This document shows positions 10,521 to 20,370 of a DNA stretch of 64,000 nucleotides, in pieces. The translations under genes were made by a program, and so were the position numbers. The DNA is taken from assembly GCA_963740355.1 (NCBI GenBank), contig CAVUDW010000002.1:1408001-1472000 (forward strand), in the 5' to 3' direction. Source of the stretch: an uncultured Gemmatimonadaceae bacterium. Lineage in GTDB: Bacteria; Gemmatimonadota; Gemmatimonadetes; Gemmatimonadales; Gemmatimonadaceae. A model generated the notes under the pieces. It did not search any database. It had not been told where the DNA came from and saw only the letters and a list, made by a program, of their open reading frames with translations. How positions within the stretch are numbered: position 1 is the first letter of the stretch; each line of letters opens with the position of its first letter.

Positions 10521-10536
10521 CGGCAGTGATATTGCT
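10521..10536 (+). promoter_or_regulatory. Sigma54 (-24/-12) promoter of pilin gene
   Basis: CGGCAGTGATATTGCT = GG-N10-GC ~80 bp upstream of pilin start; IHF-like TAAGTCGTTGCTA and AAACGCATTGATT at 10480-10507. Confidence 0.65.
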
Positions 10537-10614
10537 CTCCCCTCTGCCGAGCCCACCGGCAGAGCGCTGGCGGGTGAGCCGGTCCCTACCGACACCCACT
10601 CGAACGAGAAAGAC

Positions 10615-11019
10615 ATGCGACGCAGCATGAAGAAAGGCTTCACCCTGATCGAACTCCTGATCGTCGTCGTGATCATCGGCATCCTCGCCGCCGTGGCGAT
10701 CCCGAAGTTCTCGAATACGAAGCAGCGCGCCGCGCGCGCGGCAGGCATCTCCGACATCCGCAACCTGGCCACCGCGCAGGAGGCCTTCCGCGCCGACAGC
10801 AACCGCTACGCCGGCATGGCTGACACCGGCTCGGCCACTGGCAAGATGAACTTCACCCCGTCGAACGGAAATACGGCGCTGTTCCTGTCGGCTGGCGCTG
10901 TGGGTTGGTGGGGGTCGGTGGCCATCTCAGGCGGCCAGTCCTGCGGCATGTACCTGAACACGGCGCGTCCGGGCGTCATTCCGGCGACTGCGCGCGAAGG
11001 TGAGGCGGTTTGCTGGTAG
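10615..11019 (+). CDS. Type IV pilin (prepilin)
   Basis: KKG|FTLIELLIVVVIIGILAAVAIPKF class III signal; C-terminal Cys pair. Confidence 0.93.
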   Translation: MRRSMKKGFTLIELLIVVVIIGILAAVAIPKFSNTKQRAARAAGISDIRNLATAQEAFRADSNRYAGMADTGSATGKMNFTPSNGNTALFLSAGAVGWWGSVAISGGQSCGMYLNTARPGVIPATAREGEAVCW

Positions 11020-11059
11020 TGGTGTGACTGTGTGACGGTGTGACGTAAGTCATGCGACG

Positions 11060-11096
11060 AACGGCGCGGGGGGCTTTGGCTTCTCGCGCTGTTTTG
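11060..11096 (+). terminator. Probable intrinsic terminator after pilin
   Basis: AACGGCGCGGGGGGC-TTTG-GCTTCTCGCGCTGTT stem (with G-U pairs) ending in a T run. Confidence 0.55.
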
Positions 11097-11256
11097 TCAG
11101 CGACTCACACGAACGTTGCGAGCAGGCCCCAACTGTACGGATTCTGGTGCACATGGGCGACCTGCTGGCAAGCCGGAGGGGGACGGACCCCATGAACGAA
11201 CGACTGAAGCTCATTTCTCACCTGCGCCGCCGTACCGCAGTGACTGGCATTCGGGG

Positions 11257-11784
11257 CTAGTCGAACTCGCGCTGCGGTGCGGGCTGGTCGATCCCCGTTT
11301 GTCCGGCCGCGATCAGCGCGCGTTGATAGCTCTCGCCGCGCACGGGGGCGTGTGCCAGCCGACGGAGGAAGGTCAGCTGCCCCGTATGCGTCAGGGCGTC
11401 TGCGATGGGGCCCTGCAGGAGCTGCAACAGCACCGGCAGGTCGAGCGGCGCCGAGTGTTCGAGGATCGCGTCGAGGTCACGAATACCGGCGAAGAGCCGT
11501 TCCACATCGGCGTCCCAGGCTTGCGGTGGCTGCTCGCGCCACACCGTGCGCGCCTCGGCCGTACTGCGCGCCCACTCCAGCAGATCGCCCATGTGCGCCA
11601 GTATCTCGGCCGGAGTCCGAGAGGTGGGGCCAACGCGCAACGTGGCGAAATCAGGTGGGACGCCGCGGACTGCCTTCGACGCGCGGTAGGCCAGGGTCGC
11701 CAGACTGTGGCGGATGACGGCATTGGCCTCGCGCGAAGCGTCGGCGGCTGGTGTGGGGGGCACGGTGGGCGAATCGCTGTGCAT
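11257..11784 (-). CDS. DinB-like four-helix bundle protein
   Basis: RTPAEILAHMGDL...GPIADALTHTGQL..LRR. Confidence 0.75.
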   Translation of the reverse strand: MHSDSPTVPPTPAADASREANAVIRHSLATLAYRASKAVRGVPPDFATLRVGPTSRTPAEILAHMGDLLEWARSTAEARTVWREQPPQAWDADVERLFAGIRDLDAILEHSAPLDLPVLLQLLQGPIADALTHTGQLTFLRRLAHAPVRGESYQRALIAAGQTGIDQPAPQREFD

Positions 11785-12163
11785 GTCGCGAGACTGTCGA
11801 GGGAGGGTATTGGGCGGCACTCGAACGAGACGGGATTCTACCCGATGCGTGCGAACGAAAACTACTTCCGAATGCTGGCCGTCGGTCCGTTGGTCAGCTG
11901 CAGCGGATGACAATGAAGGCTGTAGACGCTCACCTCTGACCGAAGTCGCGCGACTGAGCGCTCCCACTCCACCTCGACGGCGTAGCGGCTTCGCGGGTTC
12001 AGCCAGAGTTGTCGCGACGTTCTGCAGAACGGCCGAAGCGATGCCCCCGCTGCCGCGAGTGTCCTATCGTGTGAGCGTCACGGTCGTGCGTTCATTCAAA
12101 CTCCTTGCGCAACGCGCGCCAACGATTTGAGATACTGCTGCATGAGAGCCCCCTGCTCGACGA

Positions 12164-12547
12164 CTAGTTCGCCTTGTTGAACATGTAGCGGGCAATCTTC
12201 CACACGCCGCTGACGTGGCGGAAAATGAAGAGTTCGCGGTTCGCCTCCGCGCTCGTCACATCCGTTGCGAGGATGGTCTGCGTACCCGCGCTGCGCGTCA
12301 ATGCGTAGGCCGCGTCGGTCGCCACAACCTCCAGCTCGTCGATCGTGAAGGTGACAGCCAACCGAATGGCGCCGAACACCTGTCGGTACGCGGCTTCCAG
12401 ATGATCGCCTGCGGCGGTCGGCAGGGTCGTGGGCAGAAAGATCCCGTCAGCGGTATAGCATGATGCAGCCAAGGCCGCGTCGCTCATATTGAGTGCCGCT
12501 TCGTAGGTCTGGAGCAGAGCGCGAAGTTCGGTATCGGCGGATGTCAT
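12164..12547 (-). CDS. SnoaL/NTF2-like (YybH-type) protein
   Basis: YEAALN.SD...YTADG; NRELFIF...G.WKIARYMFN. Confidence 0.85.
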   Translation of the reverse strand: MTSADTELRALLQTYEAALNMSDAALAASCYTADGIFLPTTLPTAAGDHLEAAYRQVFGAIRLAVTFTIDELEVVATDAAYALTRSAGTQTILATDVTSAEANRELFIFRHVSGVWKIARYMFNKAN

Positions 12548-12571
12548 GGTTGTATCCTCTCGTCTCGGTGT

Positions 12572-12619
12572 ATATTACATGGAATCTACTTGGAGCACAA
12601 ACCATATTCCGCGGAATAT
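12572..12619. promoter_or_regulatory. Probable MarR operator: perfect 16-bp palindrome plus degenerate copy
   Basis: ATATTCCGCGGAATAT (12604-12619) and ATATTACATGGAATCT (12572-12587) between divergent genes. Confidence 0.65.
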
Positions 12620-12636
12620 ATCCTGTCAAGACGCCG

Positions 12637-13086
12637 ATGCACCCACCCCTGACGGAGATCTTTAGCGATCTGGTCCGGCTCGAAACCGAGCTGTGGGACG
12701 TGCTCGAAGGCGAGCTACGCGCCAAGCACGGCCTCCTCCTGTCCTGGTTTGAGCCGATGCAGGTCATCGCGCGGACGCCGCACTGCCGGGTCCACGACAT
12801 CGCGACAGCGCTGGCGATTACCGTGGGCGGGACGAGCAAGCTCGTGGATCGCATCGAGGAGGCCGGGTGGTGTGAGCGGGGGCTCAACCCGCTGGACAGC
12901 CGTTCATCTGTGATCGCGTTGACAGCGCGCGGACGACGGCTGCTGAGTGTCGCGGAGCGCACGACCGCTGATGAACTCGCACGAGTGATTGGAACCGCGC
13001 TATCGTCCGACGACTTGACGCAGTTTTCCGCCATGCTGCACCAGTTGCGCGTGGCGGTACACGCCGCGAGGCGAGCGCACGTGTAG
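12637..13086 (+). CDS. MarR-family regulator
   Basis: DIATALAITVGGTSKLVDRIE..GW..R..NP.D.RS..I.LT..G. Confidence 0.9.
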   Translation: MHPPLTEIFSDLVRLETELWDVLEGELRAKHGLLLSWFEPMQVIARTPHCRVHDIATALAITVGGTSKLVDRIEEAGWCERGLNPLDSRSSVIALTARGRRLLSVAERTTADELARVIGTALSSDDLTQFSAMLHQLRVAVHAARRAHV

Positions 13087-13119
13087 ACGCCCCGGGCGGC
13101 TGTGCATTGCGTGCAGGCA

Positions 13120-13342
13120 CGGCGATTGACTCGACCTCAACGCGCGTTGGGCGCGAGACACCCGGAGCACATTCACCACAAATGCTCGCGGTCTCGTAAA
13201 CTTACGAGTCGAAAGCGCGAGCTGCCCATCGTCCCTCAGCCCGGCCTAGTGCTTGTTCGTCCACGGGGGACGTTGGCGAGGAACATCCGACCGCAACGCA
13301 GCACAACAGTCCGACGACTGCACCAACGCGATAGCGTGTCAT
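13120..13342 (-). pseudogene. Decayed lipoprotein gene (DUF6174-like), probably an old cassette
   Basis: GGAG RBS then MTRYRVGAVVGLLCCVAVGC(lipobox)...AEGRWAARAFDS*VYETASICGEC...RVEV; in-frame TAA at 13202-13204. Confidence 0.5.
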
Positions 13343-13393
13343 ACGTGAGCTACTCCGAGGTCGCATTCCACGTCACATCTGCATCGCAGTGCT

Positions 13394-13485
13394 GCCTAAC
13401 GACCAGGGTTCTGCTGCAAAGTGGGCACCTGGTCGTTATCGAGCTCACAAATCGTCCGCCACTTCGTCAGCAACAGCACGCGGAC
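13394..13485 (-). other. Degenerate attC-like site
   Basis: Minus strand CTGTTGCTGACG-AAGTGG...CCACTTT-GCAGCAGAA-CCCTGGTC-GTTAGGC; same arms as the sites at 23616 and 26554; R'' eroded. Confidence 0.5.
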
Positions 13486-13656
13486 CAGAAAAACATGCGT
13501 CGCAGCATGAAGCGCGCTGTGCGTCCGTCCGGCGCCCACGTCGCACGGAATGCCTCACCGCCATCGGCGCAGCTCTCCACCAACAGGCCGCTCTGCCCTC
13601 CAGACGCCGGTACCAGTCCGATGCCGTCGGGAGCGTGAAAGGCCGGCTGCCCAAAC

Positions 13657-14772
13657 TCAGGTGTGCTGCCCAATCGCCAGCGCCAGACGTCGCACCCCCT
13701 CCACCAACTCGTCTGCGTCGTAGTGCGCGAAGCTCAGACGCGCCGAGTGCGGGAATGTGCCGCCACGCACGAATCGCGCGCCTGGATGAAACGTCACGCC
13801 GTATCTGGTCGCGATGTTGAGCAATTCCGCGGCCAAGATACTGCCAGGAAACTGCAGCCACACGAAGTAGCCACCGCGAGGTTCGACGAAGTTGGTCTGC
13901 GGCAGCTGCGTGCATAACGCGTCGCTCAAGGCGACGGCCCGAGCGGCGTGCGCGCTGCGCAGGGTGTCGAGCACCGTGTCTGCCAGTCCCATGTCGATGA
14001 GACTCTTCACGACGCCCGCTGCGAACGGATTGAGGCCTCCGCCGCTCTGTACCACGCCGGATTGTGTGAGGGTGTCGAGCAGCGCGGGCGCGCCGTGTAT
14101 CCAGCCCAATCGCAAACCGGGCGCGCAGATCTTGGAGAACGACCCGAGTGAGAGGACGCGGTCGGCGCCCGCATAGGTGGCGAGCGGTGGCGGCGGCGCG
14201 GCGCCGAAATCGAGCAGCTGGTACACCTCGTCCGCCACGACCAGCAGCTCGTGCTCGCGGCTGAGGGCGATGAGCTGCTCGCGTCGCTCGGCCGACATCG
14301 TTACGCCCGATGGATTCTGGAACGACGGAATGGTGTACAGCAGCGCCGCACGATGTTGCGTGAGCGCAGTACGCAGCGCATCGATGCGCAGGCCATCGTG
14401 GTCGATAGGGATGCCGACGACGCGCAGCCCATGATCACGAAAGATGTCGAGCGCGAGGAAGTAGGTCGGCTCTTCGACGAAGATCGTGTCGCCCGGCCGA
14501 GTGAAGCGCGTGCAGACGAGATCGAGCGCCTGCGAGATGCCAGCCGAGACGATGAGATGGCTCGTTTGGACTGGCGCCGCGTAGCGACGCGTCAGGAAGT
14601 CCGCGAGCGAGGTGCGAAAGCCCTCGTCGCCCGGATCGACGCCATATTGCAGCAGTGTGGCATCGCCCTGCGCCAGCGCGTGATCGGCGGCGACGCGCAG
14701 CGCTTCAACCGGAAGCAGCGACAGCGACGGCTGGCCGTTGCCGAAGTCGATGACGGTGTCCGTCGTGATCAC
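13657..14772 (-). CDS. PLP-dependent aminotransferase class I/II
   Basis: FQNPSG, DEVY, SFSKICAPGLRLGW. Confidence 0.93.
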   Translation of the reverse strand: MITTDTVIDFGNGQPSLSLLPVEALRVAADHALAQGDATLLQYGVDPGDEGFRTSLADFLTRRYAAPVQTSHLIVSAGISQALDLVCTRFTRPGDTIFVEEPTYFLALDIFRDHGLRVVGIPIDHDGLRIDALRTALTQHRAALLYTIPSFQNPSGVTMSAERREQLIALSREHELLVVADEVYQLLDFGAAPPPPLATYAGADRVLSLGSFSKICAPGLRLGWIHGAPALLDTLTQSGVVQSGGGLNPFAAGVVKSLIDMGLADTVLDTLRSAHAARAVALSDALCTQLPQTNFVEPRGGYFVWLQFPGSILAAELLNIATRYGVTFHPGARFVRGGTFPHSARLSFAHYDADELVEGVRRLALAIGQHT

Positions 14773-14964
14773 AGTCCCATCGCGCGCAGGAGTTCAGGAG
14801 GGCGCCGGTGTGCGCCGAGAGGAAACGTCGCCCGGAGATCCGGCGCGACGGAAGGTATGGCAGGGCGGGGCATGCCGCTCCCACGTCGCCGCCCCCGTAT
14901 CGTATCCTTCCTTCGCGCCCCCACGCTGGGAATTCTGCGCCCCGCACCTATCGTCTGGAGCCAC

Positions 14965-16266
14965 ATGGTCAGCCGCCGCGAACGTCGCCTTCACGCCCCG
15001 TCCCTCTGCAGTGCCACGCTGCTCGCGTTTCTCGGCGTCACGACAGCCAGTGCGCAACGGCCGGCCGCCGACCCGCTCGCCCACGCGAAGGCGCTGCTCG
15101 CCACCACGCCATTGGTCGACGGCCACAATGACCTGCCGTGGGCGATTCGCGAATCGAAGAGCGCACCACGTGACATCGAGGCCTACGACCTGCGCAAGCG
15201 CACCCCGCACCAGACGGACCTCGCCCGCATGAAGGCCGGTCACCTCGGCGGGCAGTTCTGGTCGGTCTACATCCCCGGCGAGATCCGCGACAGCGGCTAT
15301 GCGCGCGTGCAACTCGAGCAGATCGACATCGCGCGCCGCGTGATCGCGAAGTACCCCGAGCTACTGATGCCGGCCAGCACCGCCGCCGACGTACGCCGCG
15401 CTTTCAAGCTCGGCAAGGTGGGATCGATGCTCGGCATGGAAGGCGGGCACGCCATCGAGAACTCGCTCGGCGCGCTTCGCACGTACTACGACATGGGCGT
15501 GCGCTACATGACGCTCACGCACAACGTCACCCTCGACTGGGCCGACGCCGCGCTCGACAGCTCAAAGCACGGTGGCCTCACACCGTTCGGGCGTGAGGTT
15601 GTGCGCGAGATGAATCGCACCGGCATGCTGGTGGACCTGTCGCATGTCTCACCCGGCGTGATGAGCAACGCGCTCGACGTGGCCGAGGCGCCGGTGATCT
15701 TCTCGCACTCGGCCGCGCGCGGGCTGGTCGAACATCCCCGCAACGTGCCGGACTCCATCCTGCGCCGCCTGCCGCGCAATGGGGGAGTGGTGATGGTGCC
15801 GTTCGTGACGAGCTTCACGTCGCCGGCGGTCCGCGCGCATGATGTCGCACGTGACAGCGCCGTGCGTGCGATCCGCGCTGCGACCGGCAGCGACACGACC
15901 GCCGCGCGAACGGCACTGCGCGCGTGGGAATTGTCGCACCCTGCTCCCAAAGCGACGCTCAGCGACGTGGCCAATCACATTGAGTACGTGCGCAAGGTCG
16001 CCGGCGTGAACCACGTCGGCATCGGTTCGGATTTCGATGGCGTCGATGACGACCTGCCCGTCGGGCTCGAGGACCAGTCCACGTATCCCGCACTGTTCGC
16101 GGAGTTGATCCGCCGTGGCTGGAGCGATGCCGACCTGCGCAAGCTGGCCGGCGAGAACGTGCTGCGCGCGCTGTCGCAGGCCGAGGTGGTGGCGAAGCGG
16201 CTGCAACGCGCACGGCCGGCGTCGACGCGCACCATCCGCGACATGGACACCCCGCTGCATCCGTAG
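14965..16266 (+). CDS. Membrane dipeptidase (peptidase M19), exported
   Basis: DGHNDLPW, GMEGGH, LTH, VDLSH, FSHS, GIGSDFDG; signal peptide. Confidence 0.93.
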   Translation: MVSRRERRLHAPSLCSATLLAFLGVTTASAQRPAADPLAHAKALLATTPLVDGHNDLPWAIRESKSAPRDIEAYDLRKRTPHQTDLARMKAGHLGGQFWSVYIPGEIRDSGYARVQLEQIDIARRVIAKYPELLMPASTAADVRRAFKLGKVGSMLGMEGGHAIENSLGALRTYYDMGVRYMTLTHNVTLDWADAALDSSKHGGLTPFGREVVREMNRTGMLVDLSHVSPGVMSNALDVAEAPVIFSHSAARGLVEHPRNVPDSILRRLPRNGGVVMVPFVTSFTSPAVRAHDVARDSAVRAIRAATGSDTTAARTALRAWELSHPAPKATLSDVANHIEYVRKVAGVNHVGIGSDFDGVDDDLPVGLEDQSTYPALFAELIRRGWSDADLRKLAGENVLRALSQAEVVAKRLQRARPASTRTIRDMDTPLHP

Positions 16267-16299
16267 CAGTCCCACACCTGGCACGCGGGGCACGAGACC

Positions 16300-17166
16300 A
16301 TGACGGTGGTGATCGGCATCTTCATGGCGCTGGCGGCGGTGACACTCACCTACGTCGGCGTCCTCGCCAGATGGCTGCGACGATCGCGCGCGGACGGTGC
16401 GCCGTCGCCGGTGCCGTCAGCGGGCCAGCTGGCGCTCGGCTTCGTCACCAACTTCTTCGACACACTCGGCATCGGCTCGTTCGCCACGACGACGGCCGGG
16501 TTCAAGTTCTGGAAGATGCTGCCGGACGAGCTCATTCCCGGTACGCTGAACGTCGGTCACACGGCGAGCTCGGTGATGCAGGCGTTCATCTTCATCATCG
16601 CCATCCAGATGGACCCGCTGACGCTGATCCTGCTCCTGGCGAGCGCCGCGTGTGGTGCCTGGTTCGGCGCCGGTCTCGTGGCTGGCCTGCCGAGGCGGTC
16701 GGTGCAACTCGGCATGGGCACCGCACTCCTGGTGTCGGCGAGTGTGATGACACTCAGCCAACTCAACCTCCTGCCCGTCGGCGGCGCCGCGCTCGCGCTG
16801 CATGGCTGGAAGCTCGCCGTCGGCGTTGGCGGCAACTTCGTGCTCGGTGCGCTGATGACGCTCGGCATCGGCATGTATGCGCCGTGCATGATGCTCGTGA
16901 GCCTGCTCGGCATGAACCCGTCGGTGGCATTCCCGATCATGATGGGGTCGTGCGCGTTCCTGATGCCGGTGGCCAGCCTGCGGTTCATCGAGCGCAGCGC
17001 GTTCCAGCCGCGCGTGGCGATGGGACTCGCCATCGGCGGCGTGTTCGCGGTGCCGTTGGCGGCATTCGTCGTGAAGTCGCTGCCGCTGACGGTGCTGCGG
17101 TGGGTGGTGATCGTGGTGGTGGTGTATGCGGCGGTGTTGATGTTGCGGTCGGCGAGGACACGATGA
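16300..17166 (+). CDS. TauE/SafE (TSUP)-family membrane protein
   Basis: Multi-TM; NFFDTLGIGSFATT, GIGMYAPC, AFPIMMGSCAFL. Confidence 0.8.
   Translation: MTVVIGIFMALAAVTLTYVGVLARWLRRSRADGAPSPVPSAGQLALGFVTNFFDTLGIGSFATTTAGFKFWKMLPDELIPGTLNVGHTASSVMQAFIFIIAIQMDPLTLILLLASAACGAWFGAGLVAGLPRRSVQLGMGTALLVSASVMTLSQLNLLPVGGAALALHGWKLAVGVGGNFVLGALMTLGIGMYAPCMMLVSLLGMNPSVAFPIMMGSCAFLMPVASLRFIERSAFQPRVAMGLAIGGVFAVPLAAFVVKSLPLTVLRWVVIVVVVYAAVLMLRSARTR
16640..17159 (+). repeat. ~520-bp direct repeat, copy 1 (3' part of tauE-like gene)
   Basis: Near-identical to 20824-21343 (offset 4184; about a dozen mismatches by eye). Confidence 0.95.
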
Positions 17167-18998
17167 TGGACGCGCGGTGGGTGCGATCCGCTGTGAGGAC
17201 GGCGGCGTTGCTGATGCCGCTGCTGACCGAGACGGCGATCGCGCAGGCGCCCGCATCGCCTGCGCCCCGTCAACGGACCTACGCCAACCCGATCGACATC
17301 GACTACCGCTACAACTTCGAGCAGCTCAATCAGGGCATCTCGTATCGCTCGGGCGCCGACCCGGTCATCGTGGTGCAACGCGGCAAGTACTATCTGTTCG
17401 AGACACTCGGTGGCGGCTACTGGGAGTCGAGTGACCTGGGCACGTGGCGACACATCACGCCGACACGCTGGCCGATCAACGACATCGTAGCGCCCTCGGC
17501 GCTCTCGGTGCGCGACACGATCTACCTGCTGCCCAGCACCACGAGTCCGCTCCCCATCCTGATGCTGCCGCAGGCCGGCACGGGACGCGTCGAGTTCTAT
17601 AACCGCCTGATGCCATGGCTGCCGATGGCGCGCGATCGTGAAGGACTCACCCTCGCTAGGCCGGATTCGGCGCAGCCCGGTCCGTGGGACGCGCAGTTCT
17701 TCCACGATCCCGACACGGAGCGGTGGTTCCTGTACTGGAACTCGTCGAACGTGTATCCCTTGCATGGAATCGAGTTGGACAAGGGCAAGCGCCTCGTCTA
17801 CGAGGGCACACCGAAGTGGCTGTTCGGCCTCGACCCGACACGGCATGGATGGGAACGATTCGGCCGCGACCATCGCGACACCACCATCGCGCCTTTCATC
17901 GAGGGCGCGTGGATGACCAAGCATCGTGGCAAGTACTATCTGCAATACGGTGCACCGGGGACGGAGTACAACGGCTACGCCACCGGCACCTACGTCGGTG
18001 ATGACCCACTCGGCCCGTTCACCTACGCGCCCTACAATCCCGTCGCGTACAAGCCCGGTGGCTTCGTGCAGGGGGCAGGGCATGGCAACACGTTCCAGGA
18101 TGTGCACGGCAACTGGTGGAACACCGGAACGCCGTGGATCGGCGTGAACTGGAACTTCGAGCGCCGCATCGGGCTGCATCCGGCCGGGTTCGACGCCGAC
18201 GGCCAGATGTATGTGGATACTCGGTTCGGTGACTATCCCCACTGGCTCCCCGGCAAGGCCTGGCGCACCAGCGACGAACTGTTCACGGGCTGGATGCTGC
18301 TGTCGTATCGCAAGCCGGTCACCGCGTCCTCGGCGCGCGACAGCTTCCCCGCCGCCACGATCACCGACGAGAATCCGCGCACCTACTGGGTGGCCGCGCA
18401 GAACCGTCCCGGTGCATGGCTCACGATCGACCTCGGATCGGCGTTCGACGTGAAGGCGATCCAGGTGAACTATGCCGACTACAAGTCCGGTCTGTATGGC
18501 ACCGATTCCACCGGCGTCACGCAGTTCCGTCTGCAGCTGTCACGGGACGGCAGGACGTGGCGCACCGCCGCCGATCTCTCGCGTGAACGACGCGATCGCC
18601 CGAATGCCTACGTCGAGCTGCGCGCAGCGGTGCGTGCGCGCTACGTGCGCTACGAGCACGTACACGTCGGCGCCGCCAACCTCGCCATCAGTGACATTCG
18701 CGTGTTCGGCAACGGATCCGGGCCGAGGCCGGTCACGCCGGCGGGATTGCGCGCGCAGCGCGACCGCGACGAGCGCAATGCAGTGATCAGCTGGGACGCC
18801 GTTCCGGGGGCCACCGGCTACAACGTGCGGTGGGGCATCACGCCCGAAAAGCTGTACCAGACGTACCAGCGCTTCTCCGACCAGGGGAGCACGTTCGAAC
18901 TGCGCGCGCTGTCGCTCGGCGTGAACTACTGGGTGGCGATCGAGAGCTTCAACGAGCAAGGAGTCTCGACGCTGAGTGCGCCGGTCCCGATCCGGTAG
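17163..18998 (+). CDS. Secreted GH43 glycoside hydrolase with F5/8 (discoidin) and FN3 domains
   Basis: GADP, IEGAWM..H.GKYYLQY, GPFTY..YNP, GHG; WLTIDLG; ISW..VPGATGYNV.WG. Confidence 0.88.
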   Translation: MMDARWVRSAVRTAALLMPLLTETAIAQAPASPAPRQRTYANPIDIDYRYNFEQLNQGISYRSGADPVIVVQRGKYYLFETLGGGYWESSDLGTWRHITPTRWPINDIVAPSALSVRDTIYLLPSTTSPLPILMLPQAGTGRVEFYNRLMPWLPMARDREGLTLARPDSAQPGPWDAQFFHDPDTERWFLYWNSSNVYPLHGIELDKGKRLVYEGTPKWLFGLDPTRHGWERFGRDHRDTTIAPFIEGAWMTKHRGKYYLQYGAPGTEYNGYATGTYVGDDPLGPFTYAPYNPVAYKPGGFVQGAGHGNTFQDVHGNWWNTGTPWIGVNWNFERRIGLHPAGFDADGQMYVDTRFGDYPHWLPGKAWRTSDELFTGWMLLSYRKPVTASSARDSFPAATITDENPRTYWVAAQNRPGAWLTIDLGSAFDVKAIQVNYADYKSGLYGTDSTGVTQFRLQLSRDGRTWRTAADLSRERRDRPNAYVELRAAVRARYVRYEHVHVGAANLAISDIRVFGNGSGPRPVTPAGLRAQRDRDERNAVISWDAVPGATGYNVRWGITPEKLYQTYQRFSDQGSTFELRALSLGVNYWVAIESFNEQGVSTLSAPVPIR

Positions 18999-19085
18999 CA
19001 CGACCTGACGGTCGGCGCCGGCGGGCGACGTGTCGAGCGTCACCAATGTCCCCATGGCACGCAATGTCGGACGTACATTCCCGGC

Positions 19086-20315
19086 ATGACCCAGCGATCC
19101 ACGTCCACCGCCGGCCGCGCCGCGCTCGCGTCGGCCTTCGTCGCCTCTTGCCTCGCGCTCGCCGTCATCCCGTCGACAATGTCCGCGCAGAGAACGCCTG
19201 CTGCCCCTAGGGCGCGCACCTACCCGCTCTACATCGGCACCTACACGCAGGGGTGGGCCTGTGCCGAGCGGAATGACTGCACCAGCGCCGGGATCTATCG
19301 CGCGGAGTTCGACGCCGCGACCGGTGCACTCTCGGCGCCGGTCCTGGTCACGAAGGCGGTGAACCCGTCGTACGTCGCCGTGCATCCGAGCGGTCGCTTC
19401 GCCTACGCGGTGAACGAGGTGGGCGACTTCGGTGGCCAGCCCACCGGCGCGGTGTCGGCGTATCGCATCGGGGCAGGGAGCCGGCTGACCGCGATCGGCA
19501 TGGTGTCGTCGTTCGGCGCCGACCCGTGCTACGTCTCGGTCGATGCGGCGGGCCGCACCCTCTTCGTCGCCAATTATTCCGGCGGGAGCATCGCCAGCTA
19601 TCGCATCGCCAAGGACGGCACGCTCAGCGTCGCGTCGCAGATCCCGCTGGCCGGCTCAGGCCCGCACCCGAACCAGAAGGGACCGCACGGGCATTTCATC
19701 GCCGAGTCGCCCGCGAAGGGTCGCATCTTCGTCGCTGACCTCGGCAGCGACCAGGTGCGCGTGTATCGCGTCGACGCCGTGACGGGCACGCTGACGCCGG
19801 ATGCGGTGCCACCGGGCCGCGTCGACGCCGGCAGTGGACCACGCCACATCGCGTTCGATCCCTCCGGGCGCTGGGCGTACGTCAACAACGAGCTCGCGTC
19901 CACGGTGACCGTGTTCGCGCTCGACGCGGCCACCAGCGCGCTCTCTCCAATGCAGACGCTTAGCACGCTGCCCGCCGGCTTCACCGGCGCGAACGATACG
20001 GCCGAGATCCAGGCCAGCGCCGACGGCCGCTTCGTGTACGTCTCGAATCGCGGCCACAACAGCATCGCGGTCTTCCAGGTCGATGCGGCGTCCGGCAGGC
20101 TCACCTTGCTCGACGTCACGCCCTCCGGCGGCGACTGGCCCCGCGACTTCAAGCTCGATCCCACCGGCGGCTTCCTTCTCGTGGAGCACCAGAAGTCCGA
20201 CAACATCGTCGTCTTCCGCATCGATCGCACGACCGGGCGGTTGACGCCGACGGGGAATGAGCTGCGGGTGTCGAAGCCGGTGAGCATTGCGTTCCTGCCG
20301 GGTGCGCGGCGGTGA
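19086..20315 (+). CDS. Lactonase, 7-bladed beta-propeller (Pgl-like), exported
   Basis: YIGTYT, NPSY, VANY.GG, ADLG.D, GSGPRH, YVSNRGHNSI, WPRDF. Confidence 0.92.
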   Translation: MTQRSTSTAGRAALASAFVASCLALAVIPSTMSAQRTPAAPRARTYPLYIGTYTQGWACAERNDCTSAGIYRAEFDAATGALSAPVLVTKAVNPSYVAVHPSGRFAYAVNEVGDFGGQPTGAVSAYRIGAGSRLTAIGMVSSFGADPCYVSVDAAGRTLFVANYSGGSIASYRIAKDGTLSVASQIPLAGSGPHPNQKGPHGHFIAESPAKGRIFVADLGSDQVRVYRVDAVTGTLTPDAVPPGRVDAGSGPRHIAFDPSGRWAYVNNELASTVTVFALDAATSALSPMQTLSTLPAGFTGANDTAEIQASADGRFVYVSNRGHNSIAVFQVDAASGRLTLLDVTPSGGDWPRDFKLDPTGGFLLVEHQKSDNIVVFRIDRTTGRLTPTGNELRVSKPVSIAFLPGARR

Positions 20316-20370
20316 CGTGTCTCGCGTGCCCGTGCGCGCCCTGAAATCCCCCCTCTTCACCCATCCTCGC

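Noticed and set aside
16371..18998. 875-aa ORF as a TauE-GH43 fusion
   Set aside because: Its 5' part is an out-of-frame overlap of tauE; the real GH43 starts at 17163 with a signal peptide
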